DNA of 64,000 nucleotides from Octopus vulgaris (taxonomy: Eukaryota), in contig OX597815.1 in NCBI GenBank assembly GCA_951406725.2, forward strand, positions 162,936,001 to 163,000,000, written 5' to 3'. Each line of letters opens with the position of its first letter. Positions within the stretch are counted from its first letter, which is position 1. The notes below the pieces were generated by a model. That model was not told where the DNA came from, did no database searches, and saw nothing but the letters and a program-made list of their open reading frames with translations. A program made the translations under genes and the position numbers. This document shows positions 54,847-64,000 of this stretch, in pieces.

Positions 54847-55742
54847 GAAATAATATTTATCCCCACTTAAATGCAGATGTTCTGTTAAAACAAACTGTAT
54901 TGTGATAGATAACATGAGAGAAACTCTCATATGGTCTTTTTTACAATTGGACAAAATTTATATTATTTACTCTCAACCGAAGCAAGGCTATATAACCTCA
55001 CTACCCTCCAAATCCAGCACCAAGACCACATGATTTCGACTTTCTTTGGTCTCATCACTGATGGTTGCTCAACCACTAAAGATAGCAGCAACTCATCCAA
55101 AACGGGCACTGGTATCGCAATTAGCCAGTTAGTTTGTTAAAAAATATATATTAGTGACAGAGGCAGTATTAATACCGAGAAATAATATTTATTCCCACTT
55201 GAACGTAGATGTTTTGTTAGAACAAACCATACTGCAGTAGATACATAAGAGAAACTCTCATATAAGCTTTTGGTGCAAAATGCACTCTTGTTTATATTGC
55301 TAGCAGGGAGATGGGTGTTTTTACATGCCACTGGCACAGGTGCCATTTGTGTGGAACTGGTATCTGCCACGACTGTGATTTTACTTGGCTTGATGGGTCT
55401 TCTTCTCAAGCGCAGCACAATACCAAAGGTCTTGGTCATTCATCATTGCCTCCATAGGGCCCACACTCGAAAGAAGATGAATCTCTGCTAACTCCAGCAC
55501 CGATACCACCAGATCACGTGGTCATGCTAGGGTAGAGTTAGTGCTGGAGGCAGCAGGGATTTATCTTCCTACTAGCGTTATAAACAAGCATGCATTCTGC
55601 ACCAAAAGCCAATATCAGAGTTTCTCTCATGGTATCAACTGCAGTATAGTTTGTTCTAACAGAACATCCACATTTAAGTGCTGATAAATATTACTTCTCG
55701 ATATTAATAATGCCTCTGTTGCTAACATATATTTTTTACAAC
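54847..55742. repeat. 332-bp unit in tandem plus an inverted copy (pLTR/retrozyme-like) with a decayed hammerhead
   Basis: GAAATAATATTTAT occurs at 54847 and 55179. 55135-55310 is the reverse complement of 55560-55742. A family D fragment is inserted at ~55310-55470. Confidence 0.75.
55017..55068 (-). ncRNA. degenerate type I hammerhead motif
   Basis: gcaaccatca GTGATGA GAC caaagaaa GTC GAAA TCA tg TGG T C ttggtgc. C3 is changed to G. Confidence 0.55.
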
Positions 55743-56369
55743 AGGAGTGGCTTGTTGTGGTAAGTAGCTTGCTTACCAACCACATAGTTCCGGGTTCAGT
55801 CCCACTGCGTGGCACCTTGGGCAAGTTTCTTCTACTATAGCCTCGGGCCGACCAAAGCCTTGTGAGTAGATTTGGCAGATGGAAACTGAAAGAAGCCCGT
55901 CATATATATGTATATGTATATATATATGTGTGTTTGTGTGTCTGTGTTCATCCGCCCCAACATTGCTTGACAACCGATGCTGGTGTGTTTACGTCCCCGT
56001 AACTTAGCGGTTCAGCAAAAGATGCCGATAAAATAAGTACTAGTCTTACAAAGAATAAGTCCTGAGATCGATTTGCACGACTAAAGGCAGTGCTCCAGCA
56101 TGGCCGCAGTCAAATGACTGAAGCAAATAAAAGAGCGAAAGAGTTAAAAGAGAACCTGTCAAACCATCCAACTCATGCCAAAATGGAACATGGACATTAA
56201 AGGATTAAACAAAAAAAAAGAAAAAAGGTCTTATTGGGTAATGTAGTCTTGACCTAGATGCTCTGTATTCAGCTAAAACATTGAATAACTTTTAATGCTC
56301 GATTATGGCTGACATTGGGTTAAACAACAACAATTATTGCCAAATTTTCACTATCACCATCAGCAGCAT

Positions 56370-56600
56370 TATCATCATCATCCTAGTCAGGTGTCGCACT
56401 ATGCGATGCTGTGGTCATCACGATGTCCTGCCGCCGTCTCCTGTCCTCTACCCCATGGACAGCTGAGAATAAAGACAATCCTATGGCTACGATGTCTTTC
56501 AGCCAAGATGTGGGTGGTCTGCCTCCTCTTTTACATCTGCCGTTCACCTTGCCAGTCATGATCGGTCAATCATCAGCATCAACATCAGTTTCACTGTCGT
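56370..56600 (-). mobile_element. RTE-clade LINE extreme 3' fragment
   Basis: MTGKVNGRCKRGGRPPTSWLKDI (RTE C-terminal G.R.RGRP..W motif), ending in (GAT)n. Confidence 0.55.
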
Positions 56601-56799
56601 TACTGGTTTAACCTTTTTTCGTTGTTCTACTGTACTTCCACCTATTTTAATAAGCACAGTATATGCAAATGCTTAATTTTGTAAAGCCAAACAATATATG
56701 ACAGAATCGAAAGATGAAATTTAATATATGAAAATGTGAAATAAAATAAAATGGCTGAATATTAGATTTTTTTCTTTCTTTTTGTTTTTTTCTTTTCAG

Positions 56800-56840
56800 A
56801 TGGTTGAGTGTTTCCTTAGCTAGTTGTAAATATGAAGTTG
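56800..56840 (+). CDS. candidate 41-nt internal exon (R-WLSVSLASCKYEV)
   Basis: ~30-nt polypyrimidine tract plus TTTCAG acceptor; TTG|GTGAGA donor; only one reading frame is open. Confidence 0.3.
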
Positions 56841-57254
56841 GTGAGATATAATCTATTTTTAATTTAAATTCTTTTACACATTTGACAATTTAATCTAATT
56901 TAATTTCATGTTGATTTAAATGGTAAAATTAAAATTCATTATTACTAACAAATTGTGTACACTGGCATAGCAGAGCAAAATTTGTGAATTATGTGGAAAT
57001 AATTTTTGCTACTCCAGCATGTCTGGGAGAATCACCTTTGCTGTTTATCTTTCAGGATTGAAAAAAAAAAACACAGTATTTCAAACACTGGATTTGTAAA
57101 ACTGTAAGAACATCCAGTTATCTAGCAGTATTTGTCCTTTTTCTTTTTACTCTCATTCTGAGTGCAAATTGTCCAGTTTAACACAACCACCTGGCGCCTG
57201 GAATACCTTTGGTGGAGTCCACTCTGTTGCTAGCATTCAAGCCAGATCTTTGGT

Positions 57255-57700
57255 TTAACCTTTTAGCATTCATGTTACTCCTTTAACCCTTTCGTTACTA
57301 ACCCAGCTGAAACCAGCTCTGGCTCGGTAGTACAAATATCTTGTTTTCATAAGTTTTGAATTAAAATCTTCCACCAAACCTTAGTCACAATTTATGTTCC
57401 TAACACTAGCTGAATGATAACTAAGTTATTTTACTAAATTCTTTGTTATATTTAAAGTAATTGAAAGAAACACAGAGCATCTCAAAATAAACACAGTAAC
57501 GAAAGGGTCAAATGTAATGCTTATTTATTCACTTTGTTTTGAATTAATCATGTATTATCTTGTAGCTTCAAAATTTCAGTGCTGTGACTGTTTATCTTTA
57601 CAATGAAATTGTAGGGTAAGTGTGAGAGGCCTGATATGGGCAGTTTGGGGCACAAATCAGGTAGAGTATTTGGGCCGGATATGGCCGGTATAAATGCTAA
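57255..57700. mobile_element. nested piggyBac-type MITEs
   Basis: The inner element (57287-57507) has a perfect 13-bp TIR (CCCTTTCGTTACT / AGTAACGAAAGGG) with TTAA and TCAA flanks. It lies inside an inverted copy of the 41499 family. Confidence 0.75.
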
Positions 57701-59138
57701 AGATTTCAAGATATCATTGTTCCTTCCTCCCACCAGTCTTTGAGATCCTGTCAAGAATCATGGTCATTCCAAATAGAAATGGATTGAAGCTGTGACTTAC
57801 AGTCCAAACCATGCTTGTGAGGAAACCAGGCATAAAATAATGATGATTTTGGTCTGTCTCTGATTATGTTCCTTAATGTTCAGTCAAATTTATGTCTTGG
57901 TGTCCTCCAAAGGTCACAAATATACATAGCAGACAAAATACTGTGGTCAATTCTAATTGAATAAAACTGCCAAGGAAACTGCTAAATGACTAAAACCAGT
58001 ACAAAAAAATATGAAAAAATTCTGACATAAGCACAAGGCCTAGATTTGGGGAGGAGGAAAGGGTTTAATCAATTAAAACAAATCCTATATTTGATCGGTA
58101 TATTATTTTGTTGCCCTTGGTGAAATTTGAACTCAGAATGTGAAGAGCCAAAATAAACACTGTAAGACATATTGTCCAGTGATTTAAGGATTATGCTAAT
58201 CTTGATAATTTCCAGTTTAGGCAAAAGAAGTTTGCTTCCCAACCACATGGTTCTGGGTTTATTCTCACTGCATGGCACCCAGAAGCATGTGGTTCTTACC
58301 TTACAGCCATGTCTGTGCCTAAACTGTGACTGTGAAAGAGCTCTAGATATGAATCAAGGTATTTGCAGAAGTGAGGCATGGCTATCTACTTAAGATGTTT
58401 GCTTTAATCACACAATTCTGGAGATGAGCTTAGTCAATGACATCAGCTCCAGTACTGCACTGATATTTTTTCATCCTGAAGGGACGAAAGACAAAATTTA
58501 CTTCTGTGGGATTTAAACTCAGGTTGTGAAGCACCAAAACAAATAAATCAAAAATTATATTTTTAATCCTTTTCTTGCCATATTTCTTTTGAAAAACTCT
58601 ATCTTTCTTTCATTTAATTTTGAAAATAATGAAGAATTTAGTACAATAACTTTGCCATTGTCAAGCTGGTTTTTGGAACATATATAAACATAAAGTTTCG
58701 ATGGGAGGTTCTAATTTAGATATAAAGTTTGTATCATAGAATCTGGGGTGACCCAAGGCAGGTTAGTATGAAAAGGGTTAACATAGTGCATAGTGAAGAT
58801 GCATGGCTCAGTGGTTAGAGTATCGGCCTCACAATCATGAAGTAGTGAGTTTGATTCCTGGACTGAGCTGTGTTGTGTTCTTGAGCAAGACACTTTATTT
58901 CAAGTTGCTCCAGTTCACTCAGCAGTAGAAATGCATTGCGACATCACTGGCGCCAAAGTGTATCAGCCTTTGCCTTTCTCTTGGACAACATTGGGGATGT
59001 GGAGAGGGAAGGCTGGTATGCATGGGCGACTGTTGGTCTTTCATAAGCAACCTTGCCCACACTTGGGCTTAGGAGGGGAACTTTCAAGGTGCAATCCCAT
59101 GGTCATTCATGATTAAAGGATATCTTTATCCTTTACCC

Positions 59139-59710
59139 TTATATTCAACTTAATATAGATGTCTTGTTAGAACACCAAATACTGCATTATTAGCCTCAAA
59201 AGACTCTCTCATATTGGCACTTGATGCATAAAAGTGCACTCATAGATTATAGAGGACAAGGACCACATGTCATGGGTGTTAAAACCCCCATATCATGGAT
59301 TTCATTCTATTGGAAACCATCAGCAGAAGGCTACAGTAAAAGCTTACCAGTCAAATCTTGCTGCTATGATATATAGTACAGCAGTAGCTTTCCAGACACT
59401 GATGTCTCAAACAGCCAGGAGGCTTATTAAAAATTATTAGTGATGGAAGAAGTTTTAATACCAAGAAGTAATCATTGTCCATGATGATTTCCAGTCGAAT
59501 GGAATCGCATGACATGGTGAGTTTTGAAGTCCATGACAGCTGGTTCTCATCAGCTATGATCTATGTGTGTGCGTTCATGCACCAAGTATCTATATGTGAG
59601 AATCTCTCAAGGCTAATAACGCAGTATTTGATGTTCTAACTAGGCATTCACATTATGTTGGATATAAGATTACCTTTTCATATCAATACTTCTTCCATTG
59701 CTAATAATAT
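59139..59710. repeat. diverged forward + partial forward + inverted unit related to the 54847 family
   Basis: 59139-59320 is approximately the reverse complement of 59485-59670; the unit start recurs at ~59430. Confidence 0.65.
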
Positions 59711-59779
59711 ATCATCATCATCATCATCATCATCACCACCACCATAATCATCATCATCATCATCCTCATCATCATCATC

Positions 59780-60860
59780 ATTTAGCATCTGCTTTCCATG
59801 CCATCATGGGTTAGATGATTTGGTTGGAACTGGCAAGCCAGAGAGCTGTACCACGTTTCAGTCTGGTTTGGCATGGTTTCTATAGCTGGATGCCCTTCCC
59901 AATGCTAACCACTCCAAGTGTGTAATGGGTGCTTTTAATATTCTACTGGCATGGGTGCTTTTATGTGCCACTAGCATGGGTGCCAGTCACATGACACTGG
60001 CAATGGCCATGGTTATAATTTCACTTGGCTTGATGAGTCCTCTCAAGCACAGCATATTACCAAAGGTCTCAGTCACTTGTCATTGCCTTTGTGAGGCCCA
60101 ACATTCAGCGATCATACTTTGCCACCCCATCCCAAGTCTTTCTGGATCTACCCCTTCCATGGGTTCCCCCAGCAGTCAGAAATCAGCGGCGAGCTGGCAG
60201 AAACGTTAGCACGCTGGGCAAAATGCGTAGCCATATATTATCTGCCACTATGTTCTGAGTTCAAATTCCGCTGAGGTTGACTTTGCCTTTCATCCTTTCT
60301 GGGTCAATAAATTAAGTACCAGTTGCGCACTGGGGTCGATATAATTGACTTAATTCGTTTGCCTGTCCTTGTTTGTCCCCTCTATGTTTGGCCCTTTGTG
60401 GGCAATAAAGAAATAAGAAATCAGCACTTCTTTACACAGCTGTCTTCACCCATATGCATCACATGCCCATACCAATGCAGTCGTCTCTCTTGCACACCAC
60501 ATCCAATGCCTCCTATGCCCAACTTTTCCCTCAAGATGCTTACACTATCATACATGCACACTGACATTGCACATCCAGCAAAGCATATTAGATTAATTTC
60601 TTTCAAGCCTACTGATGTCCTCCATAGTCACAGCCCATGTTTCACTGCTATGTAGTATGGCTGTTTGCACACAGACATCATACAATCTGCCTTTCACTCT
60701 GAGGGAGAGTTACCAGCAGAGGTAGGAGCTCTCTGAACCTTCTCCAGCCTATTCTTCTAACAGCTATGCTCTTGGAGTATCTGCCTCCACTGCTGACTTG
60801 GTCACCTAGATAACAGAAGCTATCAACTAGTTTTAGGTATCCCCACATTTCTAGTATTTA
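59780..60860 (-). mobile_element. RTE-clade LINE 3' portion running into a family-D-like tail, interrupted by SINE B
   Basis: LREKLGIGGIGCGVQERRLHWYGHVMHMGEDSCVKKC. The SINE at 60188-60415 is flanked by an AGAAATCAGC TSD. (GAT)n tail at ~59712-59782. Confidence 0.75.
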
Positions 60861-61409
60861 TTGTACATGTGCTCCTGCCACATGCAAAGAGTATTTTCCC
60901 TGTTAACCCCTCTCGGATTCACACACTTATTGTAGTTGCCTTTCAGCTTTTCTAAGCCCTGTTAAAGAACTTGGAAAGTTGGTCCTCCAACCTAGCCTTT
61001 TGTGATACCCTTAAAGCCAGGCACTTTTCAGCTCCCCATCATGGTGGTGAACCCTGCTGTACTCTTTCACCACAACTTTCACTCTTTCTTCCTGTTTCTG
61101 TTGTATCTGTATTTCAAAGGGTGGGCTTGTCATACTGTGTCACGCTGAATTTCCCCTAGAACTACATTAAGGGTACACGTGTCTGTGGAGTGCTCAGCCA
61201 CTTGCATGTTAATAAATGAGCTGCGACATCATTGGTGCCAAGCTGTATCAGCCTTTGCCTTTCACTTGGATAAAATCAGTGGTGAGGAGAGGAGAGGCTG
61301 GTATGCATGGGCGACTGTTGGTCTTCTATAAACAACCTTGCCCAGACTGGTGCCTCAGAGGGTAACTTTCTAGGTGCAATCCCATGGTCATTCATGACTG
61401 AAGGGGGTC

Positions 61410-61484
<75 letters not shown>

Positions 61485-61544
61485 TCATACACATATATAT
61501 ATATTCATATATATATAAGTAAAGTCAATCACTACATCAAAGTG

Positions 61545-61970
61545 ACTGTTCCATGCTACAACTAGTTTAACCTCAGGCAGTTTCTCATAGCTGGTTACTG
61601 CTATGACACTGCACCCTTTATATACAATATATATTGCTAGCAGGGGGAGCGAACCCTACTATCTCCTAGCAGACAACAGGATCACAAAACTAACTTAGTT
61701 TCAAGCTGGCAGGCTCATCCTTAGTCACGGGTACCTGGTCACTAGAGTGATAGCCAGGGTCTGCTCCAGTCAGCAATATATTGTAAACAAGGCGACCATC
61801 TGATTTGCAACAAGAAAAATAGCTAGTTGTAAAATCTCAAGAAGAGATCAGAGTAGTAACTATACTAACAAGTAAAGTCTGTTCCTTGTTACTACTAATT
61901 TAACCCCAGGCAGATCTTCCACCAGCTGGTTATTGGTGCGATGCTACACCCTTTATATACAATATATCTT
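61545..61970. repeat. ~335-bp tandem unit (1.3 copies) with an internal hammerhead
   Basis: TTTAACC(T/C)CAGGCAG..AGCTGGTTA..CACCCTTTATATACAATATAT is repeated at ~61565-61632 and ~61898-61967. Confidence 0.7.
61683..61729 (-). ncRNA. CpG-decayed type I hammerhead motif
   Basis: cgtga CTAAGGA T GAGC ctgcca GCTT GAAA CTAA g TTAG T T ttgtg. Stems I and II are restored by reversing CpG transitions; core G5 reads A. Confidence 0.55.
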
Positions 61971-63494
61971 GTATATAATATATACAATATATATTGTATA
62001 TAAAATCTATTCTTCTGTCTGTGTGTGTGTCTTCTAGGGTCTCGGGCATCCTGCATCCGATTGTGCTCAAATTTGATATGTAGATATCGACGGTATCAGG
62101 GCATGAATAAGTCTTGGAAAGATTACAAAAATTGATTCCAGGTGAGAATGCCATCGATAAAGCCGTGGGAACGTGCATTTGTACGTGCAAGTACATCAGC
62201 TGTTGCAATGTACTTACTGGCACTTTAAACTCTTCGGTTGCATATTTGTGTAAATAAAATCGTTTTTCTTTGGAATAGAAAAAAAGTTTATCTTTATTTC
62301 TTCTTTTGCTGGTGTCTCAAATTTAGGTTAAATCAGTATTTGTCAAAAGGGAAGCCTATGGGACGGTTGGACAAGTTGTTTTGAGAAAATTTGGTTTAAA
62401 TGTTTGACAACTCAGCACTGTCCATTGGATGAGGGAGGGCGTTTTGCTCGTATTGTATATATTTTTATACAATATATAATAGACTTCCACATAGTTGCTG
62501 TCTACAAAAATCATTCAGAAGACATTGATTGACCCAGGGATATAGTAGAAGCCACTTGCCCAAGGTGCTATGCTATGGGACTGAACCAAAACCACATGGT
62601 TGCAAAGTGAACTTGTAACATTTTTGGCTGGAACTGTTATGCCTACATTGCAGTTCAGCGATCAGCAATGCATTCAAGCATTAACTTTTATTGAAAGCAT
62701 TCTTTCCATAAAAAGTATGGAAAGCTCTTTGTTAGAGGAATATTTTCTTTTAAATGAACTCAGTATTTTAAAGTTGCATGTCAGCCCCTTATGCTCTTAG
62801 ACTAATGGCCCGTTCTTTGTAGATCAAAAAGGTAATTATCATTAATAATTATGGTTGTTGTTAATAATTAACAATTTCTTCTTTAACTGGACTCAATCAT
62901 TGAACTTTGAATATGATGGGGTACTGCCTTGAACGGTTTTTGTTGATTTTGTTGATCTCAGAACTTATCAGTTATTTATTTTTATGAAAGCATAAAAAGC
63001 CTTAACTCAGGTGAAATATACTGTAAGCTATTTTCGTTCAGCACACCTATTTCTCTTCATCTTATGCTAACACTCTTCTGTGTAAATGTGTGCATGTATG
63101 TGTGTATATTTGTATACATACATACATACATATATACATACATAAATACATACATACATACATACATACATTTATATATATGTTTATCTCACGTAAAAAG
63201 CACCATCCGATCTTGGCCGTTGCCAGCCTCGCCTGGCCCCCGTGCCGGTGGCACGTAAAAAGCACCATCCATCTGTGGCCGTCTGCCAGCTCCGTCTGGC
63301 ACCTGTACGGGTGGCACGTAAAAAGCACCCACTACACTCACGGAGTGGTTGGCATTAGGAAGGGCATCCAGCCGTAGAAACACTGCCAGATCAGACTGGG
63401 CCTGATGCAGCCTTCTGACTTCACAGACCCCAGTTGAACCGTCCAACCCATGCTAACATGGAAAGCGGATGCTAAATGATGATGATGATGATGA

Positions 63495-63682
63495 TTTAGA
63501 TAAAGATAGTTATGGGGTTACCCTGGGTTTCACATCCACAAGAGCTTTTCTCCTTTAAGTTTGAAGAGAGGTTTATAGGCCACTGGCCATTAGGGTCTGA
63601 AGAGACGCTGTGACACTAAGCACTTTATGGACATGAAACCTAGAGTAACCCCATAGACCAGCTGTAATTATCTTCATCTAAT
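63495..63682. repeat. inverted repeat (~55-bp arms) overlapping a hammerhead
   Basis: TATGGGGTTACCCTGGGTTTCACATCCAC (63511) matches the reverse complement of 63618-63655. Confidence 0.75.
63593..63651 (+). ncRNA. type I hammerhead motif
   Basis: gggt CTGAAGA G ACG CTGTGA..TTATGG A CAT GAAA CCTAGAG T A accc. Canonical core, 4-bp stem I. The inverted arm preserves stem III as ACCCAGGGTA. Confidence 0.65.
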
Positions 63683-64000
63683 TACTCCACTGCTCTATAA
63701 CTTAGAATAACTTAGATTTATGATTTACTGACAATATATATACATATATGTATATGATGTGCTTGAGAAGACCTGTTGAGTCAGGTGAAATTGAAATCAT
63801 AGTTGTAGCCAGTACCGCCTGACTGGCACCTGTGCTGGTAGCATGTAATAAGCACCATTTGAGCATGGGCCAATGCCAGTGCCCTATGACTGGCTCCTGT
63901 GCTTGTGGCACATAAATGCACCATCCAGATGTGGTCAATACCAGGGCCCTCTGACTGGGTCCTGTGCCATGCCAGTGGCATGTAAAAAGCACCATGCAAA

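Overview
AT-rich, microsatellite-dense metazoan DNA. The SINE families and the (TA)n/(TAA)n/(TATG)n/(GAT)n load look like octopus or another coleoid cephalopod (inference). No intact host gene is visible; most ORF-track entries are microsatellite or SINE artefacts. The window is mostly transposon relics: a 5'-truncated R4/Dong-type RLE LINE inside a (TAA)n tract, CR1/L2 and RTE LINE 3' ends, a fragmented Gypsy pol, DD34D and DD37D Tc1/mariner relics, Penelope-like GIY-YIG and RT fragments, Helitron, Helentron-type and piggyBac-type non-autonomous elements, and about five SINE-like families. The main hidden signal is at least 14 type I hammerhead ribozyme motifs, folded by hand, on both strands. 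They sit in short non-coding elements, often next to (TA)n, arranged as inverted or tandem units typical of Penelope pLTRs or retrozymes. Many have palindromic stem III, several have long stem II inserts, and four unusual core variants occur (U3-A8, U4C, A6U, A9U). Two small, frame-compatible candidate exons may belong to a host gene spanning the region.
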